A stretch of DNA of 64,000 bases, taken from NCBI GenBank assembly GCA_021613535.1, contig CP075496.1:13206001-13270000 (forward strand), in the 5' to 3' direction. Under the pieces are notes generated by a model. It had not been told where the DNA came from. It did not search any database and saw only the letters and a program-made list of their open reading frames with translations. The translations under genes were made by a program, and so were the position numbers. The DNA comes from Adineta vaga (Eukaryota > Animalia > Rotifera). The stretch's first letter is position 1, and each line of letters starts with the position of its first letter. Below, one piece after another: positions 41,180-53,043 of this stretch.

Positions 41180-41798
41180 CAGTGGCGTAACCACGATTTT
41201 CAGGCTAATGGGCAGACTTCTATTGCTTCCAAAAACAACAATGGGCAAATTGGGCAATAGTTTTATTGATAGGCCAGAACCTTTGGTCCCAATAAAGTAC
41301 TGATAACATAGAAAAAGCATTAAAAAAATGAAACGAGGGTTTTTAAGCAAACACGCATCAGAATCAGGTCCTAGCTCTGAGCCAAGTGTATTTTTGGTCT
41401 ATTTTGATGTCTTTTTTTTATAACACGTTTATGTTTCAAATTCAGAGACCAAAATCAAGACGACGAGAACTCATTTGCGTATATAATTCCATTATTTCAT
41501 CTAGATTAATATCGAGATCTTTATGAATGTATGCACTAGGCAAGGCCATTGAGCCTGCTCTGTTTCATTGTAGATCTACAATCATTTTTAATTCTCGATC
41601 ATTGGCTAAAACTTGTATCAGCAGAAGCTGTTGATACAGGCAATGTTGCCCAAAAAATCAATCATTTTGTACCCTTCTTAACTGGTCACTGTTTTCCCGA
41701 GAAAATCGGACTCATTTTCTCGTATAAACTTGTGAAAAAGTAAAATTTCAATCGGCAATTGCCCGTTTGCTCACCCACCCCCTTTGGATACCCCACTG
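41180..41798. mobile_element. Non-autonomous hAT-like TIR element (619 bp)
   Basis: Termini CAGTGGCGTAACCA and, reverse-complemented, CAGTGGGGTATCCA (12/14 match); both flanking genes break exactly at the termini; no matching 8-bp TSD. Confidence 0.65.
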
Positions 41799-42187
41799 CA
41801 TAGATGTAAATATCAACACGATTTTGTTGATTATATGGATCATGTTGAAATTGAGAACCACGATAATCCTGTACTGATTGTGGTTGATTTAATTGAAGTC
41901 TGGCATTATGAGCATATTCCCATGGTACGCAGTGTTCACAACATTTACCTAGAAGTGTTACTGCAACAAAATCATTGCCACAATTAGGTACAGCACATGC
42001 TCGAGGATTACAATTTGGATCTAGATGATCGAAAGAAAATGTTTTCAATCGATTATTTCAACTAATTCTTACCATTGTAAGCTTGACGTTTATTTAATCG
42101 TTGGAGTAGATCAGTTTCACTGAGTACTCGAGAACTGACGACATAAATAGCCGCTAATAAAGCAATGCACACAGCAATGAATTTCAT
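41799..42187 (-). pseudogene. 3'-truncated secreted Cys-rich (VWC-like) protein gene; exons 42187-42073, 42020-41799
   Basis: Signal peptide MKFIAVCIALLAAIYVVSS, KR site, C-x4-C-x4-C-x12-CC-x2-C (GKCCEHC); reading frame runs into the TIR at 41798. Confidence 0.6.
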
Positions 42188-42408
42188 GCTAAAAATTTCA
42201 TAAAGACAGACCAGTGCCTGTATTTATTGTACAAGCTAACGTTAGTATTGGAAAAATACAAAGATTGCTACGATTCCAATTCTAAATAAAATATTTATGT
42301 CTTTTATTTTCCTTCGAAATTCATTTATATTATATATGGTTACTATATCTGCTCTTGAATTTGTTAGATCGTAAATGGTCGATGTATGATAAGGTATGCG
42401 AGCAAATA

Positions 42409-43345
42409 TCAAATCTTATTCCCTTTTCTGAAAGAAAGGGTTATATGCTTCTTAAATAGGGTCGTTAAAATGCGTAAAGTTTGTTTGTTTGTCCAAGCCA
42501 ATCAGGTGAAAGCAGCGTATAAATCGATGAAAGCTTACCCCTGGTCATCGGACAACGATTCGTCGTATGTAATCGAGATCGAGGAATACGAATCTTGGGT
42601 TCCTTCCCCAAAAATATTTTTCTATGAACCATAATTAATTAATTGCTATTTCTTATTTGTCTAATCCAGTCAGATGGCAGCAATATAAAAATTCATGAAA
42701 ATTTACTAATAATCATCTGTAAATGATTTACCCAAAAGTAATCGAAGTCGAGGATTTCAAATCTGATGTTAGCTTTTCACAATTCTAAACAATTATTATT
42801 ATAATTATTGCGAAACTGAAAATAACCTTTTATTAAGCATAAAAGAAAAAATTCTGACTGTGAATTATTTAATAAAGCTACTGGGTTCATTGAAGAAATA
42901 TTTTTTCAGTAGAAGTTGAGGGTGTGGGTCTGCAAGGGAGGAAAAGCGGATCCTGGATACCCAAATCCTATAAAACTCTCGCAACCTCATGGGTTATCAT
43001 TGGTCATCATAAACTGTGTGATCGCAGGAACTATGAGGATCCGCCTTTTCCCCTTGTGTGGATGTTTGTAAGTGCGTACTCTGTCAAGGAACACTTACAC
43101 CCACACCTTGTTCCTTCCACAGAAAGGAGCGTCATATGGAAAAAAGTTTCTGTGCGCTTTTGTGTCAGTGTCAAAGGTCAAAAAACCATTTTCTTCAAGA
43201 CTGTCTTAAACATCGGAAACCGAGACTAGATTAAGGGTAGGACGATAGGTGGAGTCAATGTGAAGGATCAAGGTTTAAAAGTTAAAGTCCGCACCAGATC
43301 AAAATATTGCTCTACCCTTCAGTACGAGCTAAGTACGCGCTTTCG
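42409..43345. mobile_element. Possible Helentron/DINE-1-like non-autonomous element
   Basis: TTATTCCCT...AGGGTTATA short inverted repeat followed by a (GTTT)n-GTCC microsatellite; internal hairpin AAGGGAGGAAAAGCGGATCCT...AGGATCCGCCTTTTCCCCTT (42933-43054); higher GC; boundaries uncertain. Confidence 0.3.
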
Positions 43346-44269
43346 ATAGATATAATATGAGATTACAATCAGTCGGTCGTTATTTATTCATAAAATCATT
43401 AAAAGTTTAGTAATATTGAAATAGAAACTTGATCATTCTAGAGATGATAATTCAATAAATGAACACATAGGTAGAATCGAACCCGTAGCAGATTTGAGAA
43501 AAATAAAGTACAGTAAAATTTGTCTAGTTTGAACACTATTGGAATCAATGAAAAACGTAGGGGAATAAGCAAATCATATAAGAACATCTTAGAGATACGA
43601 TGGCATAGACATGAAACAGTCTCAGTTAACTCGGTGAGAGTCAGACTCGAACTTAGTTTATACTTTCATGTGTTTTCTTGTGCTTTTGAGAATATTTCAT
43701 ACACCACCAATTGTTCATAAAAGAAATTTATTTCACACATCACGATACGATGAACCGGCTTTGTTTTCTTCAATTCAATTAATTTTCTTGTTAAGATCTT
43801 TAAGGATAGACGTATTTGAAATAAAAATTGCCTTACGTCGAACTAATAGAATGAAATTATAGTTTATGAGGGTATGGAGCGTGAGCGTGAAAAGTAGAGA
43901 CTATCGGTAACTACCCTCAAAATTTCCTTTTCTGATTGAACTTTTGTTGAATATCCCATGCAAAAATATCCTTTCTTAAAACGAACTCTTTTGTAAAACT
44001 CAAAAAATTACTAATGAAAAATACGTATCTTGAGTGTATACTGACACTGATAATCACACACGTCAGACGAAACTCCACTCAATACATACGTTAACGCCAT
44101 CTTTCTGCATAAACGAGCTATTCGCTTTTGTTGAAATCGTCAGATTTCATTATCTTTTTCGAATAACAAAAATACAATACTATCAGTAAAGCGAATTTCT
44201 TTTCATAACAAACAAAATATATTCAATAGCTTGTATTCTCAACAAACTTTCGTGGAATTTAAAGCGAAT

Positions 44270-47200
44270 ATGTACACATTTTCAACATTACCGATTGAAC
44301 TCGTCTATCGAATTTTGGATCATCTGTCTGATTTTACACTATTTTGTTCAATGCAGAATGTTTGCCAACGTTTTAATCAAATTCTGAACATTTATCATCG
44401 ATATGAAGTAAGTTTGCAAAGTGCTTTACCTATTTTCTCATCTGTCCAAGGAAACATGAGCCTCGCAATATCTAACTTAATCAGTTTACTCAAAGAAAAA
44501 AAAAATTTCACAATTCCAAAGCAATTTCCACGAGTCAACCAAACACAATATTGACTCATGCTATTAAAACAACCCTTCCTCTCAACTGTTCTTTTCTATC
44601 TATGCCCATCGAATATATATCTCATTAAACGTGCACTGATTTGCCGCACAAGAATAAAACTGCAGCATTAAAACACCTTTCCCGTTTCAAACAAATGTCT
44701 CTATTGCAACGCTTAAACAATGCAACAACTATCTTTGAAACCAACCGAATAAAATAAAGTAAATTGTATTATATTCTACCCCGACTCATTACGATCTTTA
44801 GCAAACCAAATCTAAAAATAACAATCCAAAGCCATTCGAAATCAACAAGTATCACTATCTTCAGTAGAGTACTCACTCTACTCATCCGCCGATTCGAACA
44901 TTAACTCAGTAATAATTAGACAAGCAACGATTTCTCTTTTCACTCCATGCACCCACATCGAACACTTTCACACAATACCGCCACACCTCTTGTATAATGC
45001 TATCTCTAATTGAAAAACCTTACTCTAAAGTTCCGATTGCTTTACCAACATTCTCGAAACTTATATTCTATACATAGACACTCACCACACTACATCTCGG
45101 GGACAGTGAAATCGGTGATCAAGGAGCACAGCATATTGGTGATGCCTTGCGAATAAACACGGTAACACTCATTCGCTCTTGTTCTAATTGATACATTCAT
45201 GCTCTCTCTCCTCTATAGACACTCACCACACTAGATCTCCGATACAATGACATCGGTGATCAAGGAGCACAACATATTGGTGATTCCTTGCGAATAAACA
45301 CAGTAATATTCATTCGCTCTTGTTCTAATTGACACATTCATGCTCTCTCTCCTCTATAGACACTCACGACACTACATCTCGGGCACAATGAAATCGGTGA
45401 TCAAGGAGCACAACATATTGGTGATTCCTTGCGAGTAAACACGGTAATATTCATTCGCTCTTGTCCTAATTGACACATCCATGCTCTCTCTCGTCTATAG
45501 ACACTCACCACACTAGATCTCCGATACAATGACATCGGTGATCAAGGAGCACAACATATTGGTGATTCCTTGCGAATAAACACGGTAACACTCATTCGCT
45601 CTTGTTCTAATTGACACATTCATGCTCTCTCTCCTCTATAGACACTCACGACACTACATCTCGGGGACAGTGAAATCGGTGATCAAGGAGCACAACATAT
45701 TGGTGATTCCTTGCGAATAAACACAGTAATATTCATTCGCTCTTGTCCTAATTGACACATCCATGCTCTCTCTCCTCTATAGACACTCACGACACTACAT
45801 CTCGGGGACAGTGAAATCGGTGATCAAGGAGCACAACATATTGGTGATTCCTTGCGAATAAACACAGTAATATTCATTCGCTCTTGTCCTAATTGACACA
45901 TCCATGCTCTCTCTCCTCTATAGACACTTACCACACTAGATCTCGGTGGCAATCGAATCGAACATCAAGGAGCACAACATATTGGTGATGCCTTGCGAAT
46001 AAACACAGTAATATTCATTCGCTCTTGTCCTAATTGACACATCCATGCTCTCTCTCCTCTATAGACACTCACCACACTAGCTCTCGGTGGCAATCGAATC
46101 GAACATCAAGGAGCACAACATATTGGTGATTCCTTGCGAGTAAACACGGTAATATTCATTCGCTCTTGTCCTAACTGACACATCCATGCTCTCTCTCGTC
46201 TATAGACACTTACCACACTAAATCTGTGGGACAATCGAATCGGTGATCAAGGAGCACAACATATTGGTGATGCCTTGCGAATAAACACGGTAACACTCAT
46301 TCGCTCTTGTTCTAATTGACACATTCATGCTCTCTCTCCTCTATAGACACTTACCACACTACATCTCGGGGACAGTGAAATCGGTGATCAAGGAGCACAA
46401 CATATTGGTGATTCCTTGCGAATAAACACGGTAACACTCATTCGCTCTTGTTCTAATTGATACATTCATGCTCTCTCTCCTCTATAGACACTCATCACAC
46501 TAGCTCTCGGTGGCAATCGAATCGAACATCAAGGAGCACAACATATTGGTGATGCCTTGCGAATAAACACGGTAACACTCATTCGCTCTTGTTCTAATTG
46601 ACACATTCATGCTCTCTCTCCTCTATAGACACTCACGACACTACATCTCGGGCACAATGAAATCGGTGATCAAGGAGCACAACATATTGGTGATTCCTTG
46701 CGAGTAAACACGGTAATATTCATTCGCTCTTGTCCTAATTGACACATCCATGCTCTCTCTCGTCTATAGACACTTACCACACTAAATCTGTGGGACAATC
46801 GAATCGGTGATCAAGGAGCACAACATATTGGTGATGCCTTGCGAATAAACACGGTAACACTTATTCGCTCTTGTTCTAATTGATACATTCATGCTCTCTC
46901 TCCTCTATAGACACTCACCACACTAGATCTCGGTGGCAATCGAATCGGTGATCAAGGAGCACAACATATTGGTGATGCCTTGCGAATAAACACGGTAACA
47001 CTCATTCGCTCTTGTTCTAATTGATACATTCATGCTCTCTCTCGTCTATAGACACTCACCGCACTAGATCTCGGGCACAATGAAATCGGTGATCAAGGAG
47101 CACAACATATTGGTGATTCCTTGCGAGTAAACACGGTAATATTCATTCGCTCTTGTCCTAATTGACACATCCATGCTCTCTCTCGTCTATAGACACTTAC

Positions 47201-47567
47201 CACACTAAATCTGTGGGACAATCGAATCGGTGATCAAGGAGCACAACATATTGGCGATTCCTTGCGAATAAACACGGTAACGCTCATTCGCTCTTGTTCT
47301 AATTGATACATTCATGCTCTCTCTCCTCTATAGACACTCACCACACTAAATCTCAAGAATAATCAAATCGGTGATCAAGGAGCACAGCATATTGGTGATG
47401 CCTTGCGAATAAACACAGTAACACTCATTCGCTCTTGTTCTAATTGATACATTCATGCTCTCTCTCCTCTGTAGACACTCACCACGCTAGATATCGGGGG
47501 CAATCAGATCGGCGACCAAGCAAGAAAGTATCTCCGAAGTACTTTTGGAAATAGTTTGACTTTGTAG
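44270..47567 (+). CDS. F-box + 18 RI/NLRC3-type LRR protein (552 aa predicted); exon 1 44270-44407 (F-box), 17 LRR exons of 84 nt starting at 45078+141n (n=0..16), last exon 47475-47567
   Basis: Exon 1 MYTFSTLPIELVYRILDHLSDFTLFCSMQNVCQRFNQIL (F-box) ends phase 0 at GTAAGT; each LRR exon reads TLTTLxLxx(N/S)xIGDQGAQHIGD(A/S)LR(I/V)NT flanked by TAG/GTAA; no stops or frameshifts in any exon; last exon TLTTLDIGGNQIGDQARKYLRSTFGNSLTL*. Confidence 0.9.
45078..47520 (+). repeat. Tandem array of 141-bp units (84-nt exon + 57-nt intron), 17 full units plus a partial 18th
   Basis: Exact 141-bp periodicity with no indels; unit starts at 45078, 45219, 45360 ... 47334, 47475. Confidence 0.97.
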
Positions 47568-50300
47568 TTTGGACTCAAGGGACATTGTTATTAGTGCTCT
47601 TTTATGGAGAATTTTTTTAGAAGAAATCGATGTGGTGAGAAATGAATATACAGTTTGTTTCGAAGTCGTATTTATCGTACAATAACGTGTTTGGTTCTAA
47701 CTTCTTGATTTCCGACTGTAAGAGATGTGTTCGTCATGTAAGTTTCTGATTGGTATATGTCGAAGATAGCGAAATCCTGTTTTTGAAATGCAGTATAATT
47801 TATCAGTTGAAGTTTCATGGGTATCATATGAAACCCTGTGAAACTGCCTACTCTTAATATACTGTCTTCTGAAAATTTTTCAATAGTGGAATGGTTATGA
47901 TGAAGAAGGGCGAACGTCGATGCGTCTTATGAGCCTTTGAATGGGTCCGCTGCACTTATTCCCATCGCTGATCTATTAGGAACGACTGGGAAATCATTTC
48001 TTAAACATTCTGTTGTGCATGAAAACGTAGCAAAATATTTTTCTGAACTTTATTTTGAATATTTCTCGTAATAGAGAGTTTAGTTTAAAGTCTGAGTGTC
48101 TCACAAATCGTTATTATATTTGTAACGTTAGAGAGTTGGGGTTGACGTCAAGATAAAGTGGATGAAGGGTTTGACAACTTTATTTAGTTGCTTCTTTGAT
48201 TTGACGTTTGATGTCTAATGATAGAAAAATGTTTTGTATTCGAACATCTTTCAAGATAAAAAAGAAAGTTTTAGAGAAAAGAGTGTATCTCAGTCTCAAC
48301 TAGCTAATGTGTAGAGACACATTTTAGGATATAAATCGCATCTGGATGCAACTTCCGATATATTCGAGCTTCACTGAAAGACGGCGAAATGCATTTGTAA
48401 ACACAAAGAGTGTTTCATGTTTACATAGTGACTCGTACTTATATTCCCTTCCTATTCATTATCATTCTGAGAATTACAAGAGTATGATTAATTCAAGAGT
48501 GGTAAAGTCGTTCTGTCTTGAGTTTACACATATTTCTTTTTGAATATATCCATCATCGGTGTCGATGAAACCGACTATACTAGATCTATCGAAGTTTTTC
48601 ATGCTATGCATTCAAATAATTATACATGATAATGAACATTTAGATGTTGAATGCACATCCAAAATAGTTTCTTTATCTAATATGAAGATTTTGTTTATTT
48701 GAGAAATCAATGTGAACTGCTTTTCTGAATTCATCGATTATCATGAACATTCTTCTAAAATATACCATCGACGCATGTATCATGACATTCGTTTCATTGA
48801 ACCAATGGCATATTGATCACTGACTTTTGGACTATGAATATATTGATGAAGTATATAATTGTCGTATTTACAATAAATGGAAATTTTCTTTCATATAATA
48901 TTGGTATTTTAACAAAGATAAGATTATATCTGACACGAATTAACAAATAATATCTAACATTAGTCGAAAAGAGATAACAAAATTAATGATAAACTTTGTT
49001 TGGTTTGATTTAATCAATTTTGATTGCAATGCTCTAAATATATTTGTAAAAAATATCGAATTCGTATAATAGTTACCTATAACCTTTGAACAATTTCACA
49101 GCATCCTAACAATGAGAATTCAAATGAGTGTCGCATCATAACCAAGATGAAAATGAAGACATAATCAAACGTCATTCGAAAGACGAGCTTGTAAATTTTA
49201 AAATAATCGATTGTAAACGGATATTATCCATTGTCATAATTAGGTAAATAACTATTGAATCCATACAAAAAATTCAATAAACTCTTTTTCTTTATTTTTT
49301 AATACTTGGTGTTTCTAGATAAAAACTTTCTCTTCCATCAGAAAACATAAACATTTTGACCAAAATTATAGAGTATATGATTGTTCGTTCTTTTTTCAAT
49401 GTTTTAAATTCTAATGAAATCAAATAATAATGTTGATGTCTTGCGTAGAAGAAGTTTTTCTTTTCTACTTTCATGGCAAGAGAGATAAAAACTTTCATAT
49501 TTAGACTTACGAAATGAGAACAAAATTAAAAATGAACATTTCGTAAATCTCATCTATATTTCTACTCATTTTGTTTCTTATTTATAGACAAGCAGTAATT
49601 TATTAGAGCAACTATATTTTCATTTAATTATCATAAGTGTTCTAATCTTTTTTGATCATTGTCTTTGAAGGTAATATTTGTTTAAAGCATCATGTGATAT
49701 ATCCTTCTCATTATCGTCTTTCGATAGATCCCTATTATTTTATTCTTCTATAGAATAATGTTGTCTATTCATTTATGTAAATCTAGGTTTACAATAGAAG
49801 ACCTTCTGGAATACTCGACTGTTTTTTTCGAAACCTATTTAATTCTCATTTGATCGTATCTTACGTTAATATTATGAGAAACTATGTTTTATTTCAGATT
49901 CTCTCAACATTAAAAATCTATTGTGGAACACTTTCATATTATTTTCCTTCGACACAATTTGAGATCAATTACCTGTATACTTTCCGAAGTATACACAATA
50001 CATTATGACTTTCTCATATAGCTCAATGGAATATTAACTCGTTGATAATTCAATATATTGTAATCAATTGATTTGTTTATTATCGTGTGTTCCATAATTT
50101 CGTTATTTATCAGTAAATTTATTACGTCAATATGGTCCTACACAATCAAATTTATATGACATGATGTTGATTAATTTGACATATGCATCTTTTAAATTCA
50201 AATCCGAAGCAGTTGATATTTTTGAACAATTTTTTATCAATCATTTTTCTTCTATTGAAATTTTATTCATCGCATCAGATATTAGATGCATGAAAGTCAA

Positions 50301-52634
50301 CTCTGAAAATAAAAAAGGAGTTTTCCAGAACCTTTTTGGGGGTTCGGCCCGCTGGTAAAATTCAGAACCCACAAAAAGGTTCTGGCTCATAGACGGTTCT
50401 GTTAAAACCTAACAGAACTCTTCATTATTCTATACAAAAATAAGGTTCAGTCTGACATAAAAGGTGTGTTAAATGGTTTTTCAGAAAATTATTTTCTCTT
50501 TATATCTATGTTGATTTGTAGACATATTCCAGTGTTGCAAGTGCGCGTGTTTATGTTAACCTCTCAAATAGACCGAAAAAGTGAATTAAGCTACAGTCGA
50601 ATCACGCTTTTTGCTTGCTGCTGATTGGCTTAATTCAGCCCTAACCTAATTCACTTTCTCAGTCTGTTTTTGACCTTGTAATGTAAACAGACGCACTTGC
50701 AGTACTTGAATACGTGTACAAATCAACCTAGATATAAAAAGAAAATCATTCTACTTATTTTGTTTCTAATATTCCACTTATCATTTCTCTGCGATATAGG
50801 TCGGTCTAAATATAAAAGAAGAAAATATTTAGTTTTCTATATAAAATATAACTCACATTTCGTTAGACTTCGTTCTGAATCTAAATGACAGTAGAAAATA
50901 TTTAATCTAAAATTCAAAATATCACTTAACTTTAATCAGATATGGCTATGAACCGAAATGATAACAATAAATATTTAACATATTGTTTTGAAAATAACTC
51001 ATTTTTACCCACATATCTATACAAACCTAAATGATAATAGAGAATGTTTCATTTCTTATTTGAAATATTACTTACTCTTAATCAGATATCGATATGTACC
51101 TATACAACAATAAGAAATATTTCATATGATATTTAGTTTCGAAAGCTGTCCGAATAGAAAGAGGGATTGAACAAGTCGTATTGAATATATCTCTTGATAG
51201 CTTCTGAAAGACTTGAAATCTGTGGATGAAATTCGATGTAGATTTCGATAACATTCTAAGAATCTGAGTACTGCATAAACCAAAAACAAAAGTTGGGTGT
51301 AGCAATTAAAAGAATTTTTTTCGCAAACTTCAATCACAAAATGGTTTTGGTAAAAAGTCACCATTTGGGTCACTTATCATCTTTCATAGGTTTTATGCGG
51401 GACCCATGCTTTGAAGTTAAATTTTCGGGTATTATAAAATCCTCAGCCCGTCCCTGTCTGCTAGTCTCATTATATAAAGATATCTTCTATGCTCAAGGGT
51501 ATACAAATACCCCTACATACTATCAGTTGATGACTGCGTGATATCTCTACATAATCGAATAGAGGAACCGCTGAAAAAGATCATTTTATTTGTAAAGAAT
51601 ATTTTTGAAAGATTGAGCTCGGTGAAATGATAAACTTTTGAATAATTCTTTAGTTCATTTCATCAGAGTTCATGGACTTGAGCTGATCAACTCCTACCCT
51701 CTATTGTTGACATAACATATAAGTTAGTTTGAGCTATATTAGAGTCGTTCTCTGTTAACTTGTAACTGGCCTGAACATGATTTTGTTACATGTAAGTAAT
51801 AAGAGAAAAACCTCCCTCAGATTTGGATGACTGAAAAATTGCTTGGAATAATCATATACTGATAGTGGACTCCCACCATCGTCGATGCAAAACATTAAGT
51901 TGTTCAGTTCATACCTAAGATCGTTATTGACAACTTGAAATGGCCAAAGCATTTCCGTTTTTTATCATGACAAAAATCAAAAGAGAAAAGAAAGTTGTTA
52001 AATTGTTGTTGACTTGCATGAACAAACGAACGTATATACATTTTTTGAGTGTGTGACTCTCTTCTTCAGTTGAGAAAACTTACGATACTCCAACATTCAC
52101 TGGAGCAGCTATATCAGGTTGCGGATTTTAGAGAAGAAACTTTACATTTAGTAACGTCGAAGGAAAAAATCTCTATGATTCAATATTATCAGACCGAACC
52201 CTTTCAAAATGAGTATTTTTGGGCAGAACCCTTTTGGTTCAAAATAAATAAAACAGAACTTTTTAGGGTTCGGGATTTAATAGGCAGAACCATTTCGGTT
52301 TCTTACAAGCCTGTTCATAAGCTTACATGGTTTCGGATTGGTGCACAGAACTTTTTAAAGTTCTGCAGTTGTCCTACCGAACCAACTGGATTCAGTTTCG
52401 TCTCACGAAGGAGTTTTTAAGGTTCAGTAGAAAAATAACTAAACCTTCTGTAGTTTAAGGGATGACTGACAGAACTTTTCATAGTTTAGAATTGTCAGAC
52501 AAAACCCTTTGTAGTTCAGAATTGTTGCCCAGAACCTTTCTTGGTTTCTCATATGTCATACAGAACCTTTTCTGGTTCTAGAGATGTTACAGAATCCAAA
52601 AAGGTTTTGGATCACTCCTTTTCTTCTTTCAGAG
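50301..52634 (-). mobile_element. Decayed CACTA/EnSpm (CMC)-like DNA transposon
   Basis: About 40-bp imperfect TIRs (CTCTGAAAATAAAAAAGGAGTTTTCCAGAACCTTTTTGG vs reverse-complemented CTCTGAAAGAAGAAAAGGAGTGATCCAAAACCTTTTTGG); many subterminal AGAACC/GGTTCT repeats; minus-strand remnants VYRSFV...LWPFQVVNNDL.RYELNNL resemble the Tnp2 WP...NELP motif. Confidence 0.6.
50560..50680. repeat. Small foldback/MITE-like inverted repeat nested in the CACTA-like element
   Basis: CAAATAGACCGAAAAAGTGAATTAAG is paired with CCTAATTCACTTTCTCAGTCTGTTTTTG. Confidence 0.5.
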
Positions 52635-52799
52635 GATAGATAAAAACAATTAATATCATTATATTTATCAAATTCACGTATTTTTAATGTTCGACTAGTA
52701 CCGATCGGTCCACAGAAAGAATATCTAAATAGAGGATTTTGTTCAGTTTTCGATGCTGTATCTTTTAGTACATTAAACGAATAATTTCATAAAGCTCTT

Positions 52800-53043
52800 C
52801 CCAGGTCGAAAAATCCGATATTGGATCCGATAGGACATTATTGGATTCTTGGTGACGGATCTGTATTGGATTCCGTCAGTAGAATTTCCGTCAGAAGCTG
52901 CAAATTTTATGAGCGTTCTTTTTTGCTATATTTTATTGTGGTCTTATGGCTACCTGTCGGATCCGTCGAAATCCGTTTTTTGGAAACTATAGTATGCTAT
53001 GTTGGATCCGATCGGATTCGAGTATCCGATTGGTCGACCTGGG
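52800..53043. mobile_element. 244-bp MITE with CCCAGGTCGA termini and TT target duplication (CMC-like)
   Basis: TT|CCCAGGTCGAAAAATCCGATA ... TATCCGATTGGTCGACCTGGG|TT; internal TCGGA/TCCGA repeats. Confidence 0.8.

Larger units (their letters stand above)
49890..52700 (+). pseudogene. Decayed LRR-like gene resembling F-box-associated rotifer families, split by the transposon at 50301-52634
   Basis: Frame reads SSMEY*LVDNSIYCNQLICLLSCVP*FRYLSVNL...LINLTYASFK...FEQFFINHFSSIEILFIASDIRCMKV, then after the element DR*KQLISLYLSNSRIFNV; in-frame stops at 50035 and 50095; family assignment is from recall only. Confidence 0.5.

Noticed and set aside
40412-41350. 312-aa ORF as a complete independent gene
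   Set aside because: Its N-terminal 57 or so residues come from the hAT-like element; the rest is the STRA6-like fragment
45078-47520. CRISPR-like or satellite interpretation of the constant/variable 141-bp array
   Set aside because: The variable segments are short, related, recurring and in-frame LRR codons between GT-AG splice sites; eukaryotic context and no cas genes
48400-49500. Further decayed F-box/LRR-like fragments (YLYSLP, DTCVDG)
   Set aside because: Too many stops and inconsistent strand to support without a search
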